This document shows positions 53,036 through 64,000 of a stretch of DNA of 64,000 bases, piece by piece. The notes below the pieces were generated by a model that saw only the letters and a program-made list of their open reading frames with translations, was not told the origin of the DNA and ran no database searches. This DNA comes from Protoeuglena noctilucae (taxonomy: Eukaryota). Location: contig OY253688.1 in the NCBI GenBank assembly GCA_958009085.1, positions 1 to 64,000 on the forward strand. The letters are read 5' to 3'. Within the stretch, counting starts at the first letter, position 1. Each line of letters starts with the position of its first letter. The translations under genes were made by a program, and so were the position numbers.

Positions 53036-53698
53036 TCAGAAGTGGTAGAAGCCCACCCACGATGCAAACCGCATCAGCAGCCCCATGCGCTTGGCCCCCT
53101 GCTCCTTGAGATAGGAAGCCACGTCTGCATGGCCGTACTTGACGGCTGCGGGGAACACGGAAGTGCACCTTCGCTCACGAACCCACGGCCGCGCTCCCAC
53201 GGACACACATGCATGCATGCCCCACGGCTGTTACACTCCCACAGACACCCCTGCACGCCTTGCTACTCCCATTGGCACTCATATACACACATCCACGTTG
53301 CTAACAACCGCACCTAGGTCGTAGGGGGTCCTGGCTCCTGCGTTCGCGGGCAGCGGCCCATCCCCCGCCGCCTGCACCAGGGCCTGCACCACCGGAAGAG
53401 ACCCCCGCAGCGCCGCGTAGTGCAGCGGAGTCCACGCAGACGCAGCCGGGGAGCGCGGGTCCGCCCCGCGACTCAGCAGCAGCTTCACGCACGCGAGATG
53501 GGACGCATTTAGCTCGCCCTTCTCGCGCACGGCGCCGGCCGCGAGGTGCAGCAGCGTGTGCTGGAAGGGCGTGTGGTCCGCCGCATTGAGAGCCTTGGGA
53601 TCCGCGCGCAAGAGGCGCTCCAGCTGCGCCTCGTCGCCGCGGTGGGCCGCCAATGCGACCGGGGACAGACCCTCCTCCATCGCCGGGCCGCCGGGCAT
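53036..53698 (-). CDS. Small ankyrin-repeat protein (2 coding exons)
   Basis: SPVALAAHRGD, TLLHLAA, CVKLLLSRGAD, WTPLHYAALRGSLPVVQALV, TPYDLAVKYGHADVASYL. Confidence 0.85.
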
Positions 53699-54248
53699 CT
53701 GTGGGATCGAGAGACGCGAGGCAGACGTGACAAAGGAGCGGTAGCGCGAAGGAACGGCCGGGTCACGCGTGAGGGCGGAAACACGAGGGTGGATGCATGA
53801 GAAGGGGCCCGTCCGCGCCATCCGCGGGGTCTGGGGGACGCCGAGGTGGTGCACGCGCAAGATTCACCGTTTCAAATATCGTCGGCGGTCCTTGGTGCTC
53901 AACCTCTGCCCCCCAAGCCCGACCCTACACGTGTGAGCTCACAATAGTGCCCAGCTTGACACAATACGCGCGCCCCGAGACCCTCAGGCGCTTCTCTTCA
54001 CGCACTGAGGCAGTGACGCGCTGTTCCTGACGCTCAGCGGCCCCGACAACACACCAATCCTTGCGGCGTGCCAGACGCGCGGTTACGGTTACATCCCCCT
54101 TGTCATCCTCGCCTGCTCAGGCATGAAGGCGAAGAGGCGACTGATTTGACACTGCTCGCAAAGCCAACGCGCTGCACGATTGCCACGAAGCAGGGGCAGC
54201 CCTCAGCTCATCTGTGCACCTTGAGCCTGCTAGACGATACAGCCAGCG

Positions 54249-55431
54249 ATGCTGCCTCTCATCTCCGTCGCCCTATCATGTCTAGCTCTGCTTGTGGGGG
54301 TGTCCGGTGAGGCCGCAGGCTCGGCGACTCGTCCCTGTGGCCACTACGACGTGCAACGCACTTATCCGACCTCCGGAGCCCGCTGGGATCCGTGGCTCAT
54401 TCAGAATAGGCTCATCGGCACAATACCGCCCCTGCGCACCGCAGGCCACGTGGAGTTCGACCCCATGGTGGCTCCGACGGACGGTGACGACTTTGCCTTT
54501 GCCATCAACGTTGGGCACGGCTGCAACGGCGAGGCGACCACGCGCCTGGACGTGCAGATTCCCACGAACTACGTCGAGGTGCGTGGGATGCGTCGGGTTC
54601 CCCGCAGTGCGTCGCGACGCGCTGGCGCCTGCCCCTGGCTGGACAGGGAATCGCCTGCTCGCTGCGCCCGCTGCAGGGACTGGTGCGGCCCCAGACTGGC
54701 GAAATGATTGGGTGGACAGGCGTGTACTTCGCAAACAACAACACGGTGGCTTATTACGCGACGGATTCCGCGTATTACGTCCCCGACGCGTACTTCTTCA
54801 AGCTGGGCATGGAGGTGCGTGTGAACCGCATCGTGGAATGCGCGAAATGCGACATAAGTATCACATCGCGAGAAATAGATCGCTGGCCTGCTGCGAATCG
54901 CTTTCCCGCTCAAGATGCAGGTCCAGCTGACCCCCGTGAACGTCCCGTCCGGTCAGGTCGTCATGGCCACGTTCCCCACGCGGCAGACGTGCACCAATGG
55001 GCAGGTGCGGCGGAGGGGTGCTGACAGGGCGTCATGTTGCCACAACACCAACCTGCTTGCGACGCCACGCTTGCGACGTCTGCTCCTCTGCCACCGCTTG
55101 CGCAGTACACGGACTGGACGTCGTCGGACATGAGCTCGTCGACGCCTGCGCCCATGCTGCACTTCGAGAACGCGAGCACGTCCTCCTCGAGCAGCCATGA
55201 CGGGTGCGTGGCTGGCGACGCTTACCAGCACCCTCACGCACCGCGTCTCCGCTGGTGTCCGCGCCGATGCTGAAAACACTACCCTCTCCAACCCGCAGGC
55301 TGTCCATCGCTGCGATCGTCCTGTCGGCCATCGCGATCGCTGCGGTGGTGTGCAGCTGGATCTTTGGCTTCTTTGTGCGACGCGGTATGCGGAGCCTGGA
55401 GGAGAGTGAGAAGGGGAACGACCGCGTTTGA
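54249..55431 (+). CDS. YcnI/DUF1775-like putative copper-binding type I membrane protein, copy 1 (6 exons)
   Basis: Signal peptide MLPLISVALSCLALLVGVSG, then HVEFDP...F.INVGHGCNGEATTRLDVQIP...FPTRQTCTNGQYTDW...PAPMLHF, a Ser linker and a C-terminal TM helix. Confidence 0.8.
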
Positions 55432-55825
55432 TGGGACTCGCCTCCATTTCTCTCCCCTCGATGTAGATCGAATCGTAATCATTTGCTTAAGGGTACCCCT
55501 ACAGTGGGCAGCAGAGCCGGTTTCAATCGGATCACAATTAAGGGACACTCGTGCACTGCCGTTCCCATTGACGCCCATCAGCACAAGCGCAGCTAGTAGG
55601 CTCCGAGCTCCACGCGCTGAGTTGGCGACGAGCTGACCCTGACGCCTCAGGGACAGCACGTTGCAGTGCGCCAGACACACGCTGTCCCTGACAACGCGTT
55701 GCCCGCTCATGCCGGCCAGTGACGGCCAGTGCGAACTCTGCTTACAAAGTCAGCGCTGCACCGCGTCCATCACCTCAATCAGCTGCCGCACGTCGTGCAG
55801 GCTGTCTCTCCTAGGCGTATCAGCC

Positions 55826-57011
55826 ATGCGGGCGCTCGCGATCGCTTTATCATGCTTGATGCTGATAGCAGAGGTGTCCGGTGAGGCCGTGGGCCGGTGT
55901 TGTGTCCCCAAGGCCGCTCGGATGCGCGTGACACCCGATCCGATCTCCTGTGACCGCTTGGGTCCGTTGCGCATCCTCAGCAGCTTCATTGAAACGCTTA
56001 AACCGATATACGCTGCAGGTCACGTGGAGTTCGACCCCATGGAGGCTCCTACGGGCGGCGCCTACTTCATGTTCGACATCGTGGTGGGGCACGGCTGCAA
56101 CGGCGAGGCGACCACGCGCCTGGACGTGCAGATTCCCACGAACTACGTCGAGGTGCGTGGCATGCGTAGGATTGCCCGCGTTTCCTTGCCGCGCTGGAGC
56201 TGCCCCCTTGCCCTTACGGCATCGCAAGCTTGCTGCGCCCGCTGCAGGGACTGGTGCGCCCCCAGGCCGGCGCCATGGTCGGATGGACGGGTGTTTATTA
56301 CGCAAACAACAACACGGTGGCGTATTATGCGACGGATCCGCAGTACTACGTCCCCAACTCTTCCTTCTTCAAGCTGGGCATGAGCGTGCGTTTGCGAAGT
56401 GCCCACGAAGCGATACAAGTATCATAGCGTAGGGGGCGTCTCGCGCCGTTGACTGCAGTGAATCGCTCTACTTTATATGCAGGTCCAGCTGACCCCCGTG
56501 AGCGTCCCGGACGGCCAGGTCGTCATGGCCACGTTCCCCACGCGGCAGACGTGCACCAATGGGCAGGTGCGGCGGAGGGGTGCTGACAGGGCGTCATGTT
56601 GCCACAACACCAACCTGCTTGCGACGCCACGCTTGCGACGTCTGCTCCTCTGCCACCGCTTGCGCAGTACACGGACTGGACGTCGTCGGACATGAGCTCG
56701 TCGACGCCTGCGCCCATGCTGCACTTCGAGAACGCGAGCACGTCCTCCTCGAGCAGCCACGACGGGTGCGCTGCTGCCAGCGATTCTCCACCGCCCGCTA
56801 ACATTCCCCAACCCTTCCCCGACCGTCCCCAGCGTCTGTGGTGACGTGCACAGAGACACGGCGCTCTCCTGCTCGCAGGCTGTCCATCGCTGCGATCGTC
56901 CTGTCGGCCGTCGCCATCGCTGCGGTGCTGTGCAGCTGGATTTTCAGCTTCTTTGTGCGACGTGGGATGCAGAGCCTGGAGGAGAGTGAGAGCGGGAAGG
57001 ACCGCGTGTAA
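55826..57011 (+). CDS. YcnI/DUF1775-like putative copper-binding type I membrane protein, copy 2 (6 exons)
   Basis: Tandem paralogue with the same intron positions: MRALAIALSCLMLIAEVSG-HVEFDPMEAP...VGHGCNGEATTRLDVQIP...TDW...PAPML...TM. Confidence 0.8.
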
Positions 57012-57249
57012 GCACACGCCTATCTCTCTGCAAAGGAGGAGTATTGGCAATTCGATGAAATGTCAAATGGCGGTATGGTTTAACCCCCAGGTTTCGCCCC
57101 AACGTCTGTTTGAACAACACGCGACGCCCTTTCTCCACACTAGCTAGAGATGTGTCAGTGAAGCATTCCCATCATCGGATTGGCATTGCCTGCGTAAGTT
57201 TATTACTCGAAGTCGGGGCCGGGGCGCCTTCTCGCGGGGGAAGGCCGCC

Positions 57250-58992
57250 ATGGCACTTCGCGTCTCGTGCGCTGCGAGAGCGAGGGCGGGCTCGTGCGCA
57301 GCGGTCGGGCGTCGGGCGGCTTGTCCATGCGCGCCAATGGGCATGGCTTTCCAGGCGAGGACCGCGTCGGGGGTCATCGCTGCGCGAGGATTGGTGCCGC
57401 ATGTGACGAGTGTCGTACGAACAGAGCTCAGATCCTCGCGGTTCGCTACCTCGGGTGCGATCGATCGTCCCAGGCAGGCCTCGCAGGGTTTGTGCACGCA
57501 GGGCCCGCGCGCGGCCGCTCTGGTGGGCGCGCTGGTATGCAGGCGTCCGGTAATCGCCAGGGCGTCCGACGGCAAGGAGGATTCGGGCGAGGGCGGCCTC
57601 TCGCCTAAGGGGGCGCGGACGGAGCAGGTGATCCATGCGTTGCAGCGCCCGGTGCCCCCGCGCGCGCGTTGGGACGGCGTCGGCTCGACTACGCTTCTCC
57701 TTGTGGTGCGAGCTGTGACGACGGTGCGGGCAACGGCCCCGGCGGAGGCGTCGAAAAGCACCCGGCGCTCCCCGCAGGTGGCGCTGCCGATCTTCCCGCT
57801 GGGGAACGTGGCGATGCCTTGTGGGTCGATGCCTTTGCATATCTTCGAGGCCAGGTACCGCGTCCTCTTCGCGACGCTCCTGGAAGGCTCCGAGGGCGTC
57901 AACACGGACCTGGTGGATGTGGAGAGCCCCTTCAAGGCGAGGCGGGGCCGGCCCGGCTCGCGCGCCGCGGCCTATGCGCATGTCACGGTCCGTCCGAGGT
58001 CCTGCCGCAGGGTACGCGGAGGTTCGGCATGTGCTGGCTGAACGGCCAGGGCAGCATGGCGGCCACGGGCACGGAGCTGCACATCGACGCGCACCAGATG
58101 CTGCCTGACGGGCGCATGCTCGTGGAGAGCACGGGCAGGAGGCGGTTCCGCGTGCGCAAGGTCGTCAAGGAGGCGAGGGCGACTTGCTGACGGCCCTATT
58201 CACACGGCGCTCGCACCTGCACCTCCCCATGTGCGATAGGCGTGGGTTGGTTTGGGACCAGTGTCTGGGCAGAGACTCTGCTCTCTGCCCACCTGCGCCT
58301 CCTCTCCCAATCTTCTCAGAAACCGGTGATGGTGTGCGAGGTGGAGTACCTTGACTCCGAGGAGGAGGCGGGGCCGGGGGAGGACGAGGGCGACGCGGTG
58401 CGTGAGCTGGCGCAGGAGGTGCTGACGCTGTTCCGGAACGTGACGGAGCTCAACTTCAAGCTGCGGGGCCTGGACAGCGGGGACGTGGCGCGCAGGATCG
58501 ACTTCCAGGCCAAGGCGCGGATGTCGCCCCGGGAAATCTCCTTCTGGGTCGCGTCGATGTTCTCGGGTGAGGCCAATTATGAGGGAGCGGGACGCGATTC
58601 GAGTTAATGCAGCTTGCAGCAGCACTTGGTGTGCTTCAATTTTACTGAATTGGGTTTTGGGTGCGGCGGGGAGCTGTTGCGAGGATTGCCGCGATCCCAC
58701 ATGCCTTACAGACGCCGAGTCGGAGCAGCAGTTCTTGCTGGAAATGGACGGATCGGAGCTGCGGCTGCAGCGCGAGAAGTCGCTGCTCTCGGAGGCACAG
58801 AAGTTCCTCTCCGCCCAGGCAGCTCTCAAGGTGCGCTTGCGATGCAAATTCTGATGTCGCGAGCCAGGTGCAGGGATTTGTGCACTGCAATAAGCAATCT
58901 GAACGAGATATTAATGGTGCTGTGTCACGCAGAGCGTCTTCTCTTCGGGGGAGAGCAGCGGCAGCGGGAGCGGGAGCAAGGGAGACGAGTAG
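57250..58992 (+). CDS. Lon protease N-terminal (substrate-binding) domain protein, probably plastid-targeted
   Basis: LPIFPLGNVAMPCGSMPLHIFEARYRVLFATLL, RRFGMCW, MLPDGRMLVESTGRRRFRV, SFWVAS, EQQFLLEM, LSAQAALKSVF. Confidence 0.88.
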
Positions 58993-60027
58993 CCGCCGAG
59001 AGAGTGGTGGCGGTGCCCGAACGCTGGGCCCGGTGCGCGACTCCACGGACCCTGACGTCATTGCATCATGATGCCCTGTCACTTGTCAGTACGGACTTGA
59101 AAATTTGCGCGTCCTGCCAGTGTTTCGCCCTGTGAGGGCGATTGAATACCTGTCCACGCCCTCGTCGTGCCTGTCGCTCTTTAATGCGTTGTGCTGAAGC
59201 CTCTCGGGTGCCGCGAGAACGCTCTCTTTGCTGGCAGACGCCTGGGGAACAGGGGACGTGAGTTTGGGAAGCGGCTACAGCGCAGGCATGACGTCCCCAG
59301 CTGGCGGCGGAACCGGGCAAGTAGAAAGAAGCTGAATGTGCGTCCAAGACGCGGTACCGTGCATTGCGTTGCCTTCGATGTCTGGCTTGTAACCGTTTCG
59401 CAGGAACCGGATCGAGGAGGAGCATGCAAGGCGCCGTGACGTTTGCGTAAAGGCAGCTGGCGAAGCTGCGATGTGGGCGGCTGGTCCAGCCGTGGCAGTG
59501 GGGCAAGCGGCGACGCGAAGCGCGCTGTGCAACTCAGTGACGCGTACACGTGGGCGCCATCACCGATCGCTGCCTCTTTCCTGCCCAGGGCGGCGGTGGT
59601 TCTAGCATCTCGGAGGTACTTTCCTGCGATGAGGAGGTTGGGGGTGTCGGCGTGCACCGCTCTGGCCATCAGCCCTGGCCTGGGCGCTGGTTTTTTCGCA
59701 GCAGAGGAGGCTCTGCTGGAGTGCGCGCGGGACCGGAGACCACGGCGAGAAGAGGGTCGCGTCGCAGGTGGTTAAGTCGCGCAAGTGCCCGACGCATGCA
59801 TGACTTAACACACACACTACTGCTAACTGCGCGACACTAGACGCCTGCCGGCTGAACCATGGGCCCTGGCTGGCTGCTACATCCTGATCCGCATCCAAGG
59901 GTTGAGGGGGGCGACAGACCTACACACAGACACCCTCCTCCCCTCCCTCACACCGCACCCCCCACACCACACCACGCGCGCGCTGCACTGGCTAAGGTCT
60001 AAAAGAAAAACGACGCCCCCGCCCCAG

Positions 60028-62266
60028 TCACCGCATCTCTACGCTCGTGCGATGAGGCTCCGCGCGCGCCGGGCTCGGCTCGCCCCCCCCCGCATCGACA
60101 ACCGACGCCTCGGCTGCGTTAGCCACAACTGGGCCCGGACCGCCCCCTTTCGTTGCGTTCTCGCCCGTCTCCCCGGTCCCCTCCGCCCCTGCATCGGCGC
60201 TGGGCCCCGGCAGAGTCCCCAGCGAGAGCGCCCGGGGCACCTCGCCAGCATCCGATGCTGCCCCCGCCTTTGGCCACGGCCCCGACGCCTGGCCGGACAG
60301 CCGCGGCCCCTCGGGCCCTCTCGCAGCCTGGCCCCGGCCGTGGCTGTGGCTGTGGCGCGGCGCGTCGTGGAGCACAGGCAGCGGCGGCGACGCACGCACT
60401 GCCGGAGGGCCGCTGTGTGTGCCGGCGTCTTCGCTTGGCCCGTGCCGCGCCGATGCGCTCGGCGACGGCTGCCGCGGGTCCCCGTGCGCGTGCGAGGGCG
60501 CGGGCCACGCCGACGCGATGGCTGGCGCCGGCGCCAGGCTCCCCGTCACAATCCCTGCCCCGTGCCCCCGTGTCGCCGCCCCGCCATCGAGCGACCCGCC
60601 CGGCCCCGCCGCTGACCCCGCCGCGCGCGCGGCCAGCACGGGTATTGCCACCGCAGGCGCGCCTCCCGAGTCCCGCCAAGCGAGCACCGGGTCCCGCGTC
60701 AGGCCATGCACAGCCCCACTCTCCGCACCCCCCTTGCCGCCCCCCTCCTCCGTACACACCGACCCTCGCGGGCTGGCGCCCCCCACGTCGATCGCACCCT
60801 TGCCAGCCTGCACGTCCCCCTTGCCACCCTCGCCACGCAGAGAGTGCTCTGCCGCCTTGCCCCCCTCGTGCCAAGCCTGGGCGTGTGCTGCAGGGTGTAC
60901 CTGGGTCCCTTGGCCATTGCAGCTGGCCAGGTACTGGACGATGGTGTCCTGCAATCAAGCGGCGTCTGGATGAGTGATCGCTGCGGCGCGATTCATGTCG
61001 CGGGGGGATGGCAAACAAAGGGCCCGTCGCAGCACCACCCATCCACGGCGACAAGTGACGGAGACACCTAAACATGCATCACGCAGGGCCCCATCGCAGC
61101 GCCACCCCCCTGTCCGTCACCTTTTGCCGGAAGCGCCACTCGAGGCGGAGGATGAGCAGCGACGCGACGAAGAGCGCCGCGGCCCCCCCGGCCGCGCACG
61201 TGCACAGCACGATCACCATCCTGGCGGTGCGGGACAGCCCACTACGGCAGCCAACCCCCGCAGCGGCGTTGCCTTCGGTGGGGCTCGTGACCGGCGCCCA
61301 GGGAGGGTCTGAGAGGGCGTAGCCCAGCGCAGCGAAGCGCGTCGACAGGGAGCCGTCCTGAGAGAGGGGATCGTAGTGGCGCTCTCAACCATGGGCACAG
61401 AGCAATGATGACAGCACTGGCAACCCACGTGCAGGCAAACCGTGGCCGTAAAGCAACAATGCTTTCGGACTGTGTGGCCGTGCCAACAGCTGCGGCGAAG
61501 GTCTCTGCGTGCCATGCTGTCGTCGAGATGGATAGCTGGGACACCAGCAAGCGTCACCTGGCTCGCGGCGGCAAGCTGGCTCTCCGCTGTTCGGACGTCG
61601 CCCAGCGATGGGCCCGTGACCTGGAAGACGAGCTGGCTGGTGGGCGTGGCGGACAGGGACCTCCGCGATCCCGTCAACGCGTCCATCTCCTCCAGCCACA
61701 CGGAACCGGGGTCGACGCTGGGAGGGGGGAGCGGCGAGGGGCAAGAGGCGTGGCAGGGAGTGTAACACAACTGTGGGAAAGCCAATCCCCGCGTCGGTGC
61801 GGGGCATCAGGGGACGCGGGACGGTCTATAAGAGAAGTTATCACCTGCAGAGTCCCGCGAGAGCCTCCGCGGCGCGCGAGAGGTCCGGGTCCGTCGAATC
61901 CCATGGCGCGCTGGCCAGGTACAGCTGCCCCCGGAAGTAGGGGCTGCACACGGGGCAGAGGCCTCCGCAGTCGATTCCCGCCTCGTTTGTGTCCTGCGCG
62001 CGAGGGTAAGCGAGGCGCCTGGCCCAGCTGCCACGACGGCGGGCCCGCCTTGCATGGGAGCAGAACAAAGCGCGACGCAGGAGCGCGACGGCGCGAAGGC
62101 GACTTGCCTTAACCCCGTTTCGACATTGAGAGGGGATATAAACCACGGACATACCCGATGAGGCGGATACGAGCCCCGCACACATCGCCAGGCCCACGAC
62201 TAGGGCACGCACAGTGAGGCCCCCGTTCGGGCCCCATGGAGGGGCGCCGCGGCCCCCGTGAGACAT
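60028..62266 (-). CDS. Hypothetical single-pass membrane protein with a Cys-rich ectodomain motif; 3' end uncertain
   Basis: Hydrophobic leader ALVVGLAMCAGLVSA; CRNGVK|DTNEAGIDCGGLCPVC; TM-like MVIVLCTCAAGGAAALFVASLLIL; low-complexity tail. A possible donor at ~60030 may extend the gene towards 59200. Confidence 0.55.
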
Positions 62267-62718
62267 GGCCTGATAGTGGCTCGGTGATGAAGTCACAAAA
62301 ACGCCATGTCTGGCAAGGCAAGGCTCATTCCGGTCGCGGCGAAGGCGGGCAGTGTGCGCGAAAGCCCCCCTCCCGCCGTGGGCGCCCGCGCGCGAAGGTT
62401 TGGCTTCTGGCGGCGTCTTTGCGACGCATGCAGAAAGTTCTGGTCTTTCACAGCCTTGGTGGCGTAATGAGAAGGCCCTGGCACTCCGTCAGAGTCGCCA
62501 GTCACCCACTGCGACTCACTCAGCAAGTTACTGGGCACTCTTCCTCCACGTGCGGCTCCAGCACATAAGATATGCTAAGCGTTTCAACAACTGGATGCCT
62601 GGGGCACGTCACAAGCAAAAGTTCGCCCCTGAGGTGGTGCAAGCGCCAACGGGCAAAGAATAGGGAGGCAAACTGACAACCGAATGGAACTGGGATAGCG
62701 CCCTGAGTCTCCTCCGCT

Positions 62719-63219
62719 TCACTGCACCTTCGAGGGCATCGCGCCCACCCCCTTCGTCACCGCTTGTGGCACGCGATGCTTGGGCGACGGGGGCACGTAC
62801 TGCAGCACACGGTGGACCCAATCTGCCGTCGCTGCCCACCTTGCCGCGCGTGCACAGCATCCTCGAGGCCCAACCGTCCATCGTCAATGCACTCTCACCT
62901 TTTCCGCCGGTGGGAAGAAGTCCCAAATGCCCATGTCACTAGGGCTCATGCAGACCTCTGCGGGCGTCGCGAAGCATTGTAACTGCCCACCCGCTTTCGC
63001 AACGCCAGCAAGCTTCTACTTGACCTAGCTCGGCCAGCGGAACTCACCGGGCGTGTGCTTGCCGGGCAACTCGTGCCCGCTCGCGGGGATGTGGATGGCA
63101 GCAGCCTTTGGCGTCGTGAGGGGGCCCGTGTACGCCCTCAGCTTGTTGGCGAAAGAACTCAAGATACCCTGCCCACCCTGCGACTCCATGCCGGCCCCTG
63201 GCCTCTTGTCCTCCGCCAT
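62719..63219 (-). CDS. Small hypothetical protein (~100 aa, 3 exons)
   Basis: MAEDKRPGAGMES...GKHTP|EVCMSPSDMGIWDFFPPAEK|YVPPSPKHRV...KVQ* joined by phase-consistent GT-AG introns. No family recognised. Confidence 0.45.
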
Positions 63220-64000
63220 GCTGGACCTCGCCTGCAAACCGACATCAGCCGCGGGCGTTTGCCGGGCGCGTTCGACCCCGAGGGCGACACCGGAGCCGGT
63301 CGAAACGCAGCAGCTATACCCGGCAACGCGGCTTTCCAGGAAAAGGGCCGGGCGCGCTCCCCTCGGCGTCGATGCGAGGGCACTAGGGTAACGAGGCACT
63401 GCGCGGACGCCCGCCCCCGCCAGCGAGAGTCCGGAACCACGCCGGCCTCTCTTGCCTGCCCGCCATCGGCGACACGCACGAAAGGCCCGGGAGACCGCGT
63501 GCCACGGTCCCCAAGGGCGTTGACACACTATCCGCGCTAGGCCCGCCACGAGCCCCGGCGACGACGTCGGCAGCAGTTTCGAAACAATGCCGAGACTGCC
63601 CTCGGCAGGGCCGCGCACCTCGAGCTTGCTCAGAGCGTGACGAACCGGTTCTCTGCCGATTTCACGGCCTCGCAGCGGCTCCCGCACACCGAGTGGACTA
63701 GTCAGTGACTAAGTTGAGAGGATACGGCTCTCGTATATCAGATAGACGCTCGACAACCACGAAAAGCGGCTTCCAGCGAAGCTTTGACGGGAAAGCGACG
63801 GTCGGCAGCGCGTTAGCTAGTGCGGTCGTCCGTCCCGAGAGTGCCGGCTGAGAACAACTGCGGCAATTGATGAAAACTTGCTGTCAGAGAGTGCGTGTCA
63901 ACGAATCCACGCAGGGGCTGCGGAGGATTGAGCCAAAATATGACGTGGCGCTTGCTCACATGCAGGATGACGTCGGCGACGTGAGCATCTGCCTGGAGAG

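Noticed and set aside
59181..59898. Independent gene between the Lon-N gene and the membrane protein
   Set aside because: No recognisable motif or convincing start; may be 3' exons or UTR of the minus-strand gene.

Overview
This is the left end of a chromosome from a GC-rich, intron-rich photosynthetic eukaryote, most likely a chlorophyte green alga. Plastid-targeted Deg1, FKBP19 and RecA and TGTAA motifs after several stops point that way; I cannot identify the species. It opens with a (CCCTAA)n telomere followed almost at once by an intronless F-box/ankyrin gene. About 20 spliced genes follow, mostly on alternating strands: a coiled-coil protein, Deg1, a multi-kelch membrane protein, a TPR-PRMT, UFL1, FKBP19, COPE, a VHL-domain protein, WDR26, glycerol kinase, a SET methyltransferase, RecA, SLD5, VPS52, a small ankyrin protein, two tandem YcnI/DUF1775-like proteins, a Lon-N protein and two unknowns. 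There is one 200-N gap. Gene models were traced by hand, so starts and some junctions are approximate. The most unusual signals are in gene architecture. (1) At least 17 splice junctions have degenerate tandem copies (splice site plus adjacent exon sequence) inside the intron. (2) G-versus-C skew oscillates with splice sites, G-rich around donors and C-rich around acceptors, and extends into synonymous codons. (3) A perfect 77-bp inverted repeat brackets one UFL1 exon. (4) About 15% of traced introns use a GC donor, always AG|GCRAG. The strongest protein-level candidates are the His-1 YcnI-like pair and a PRMT whose intact module is the C-terminal one.
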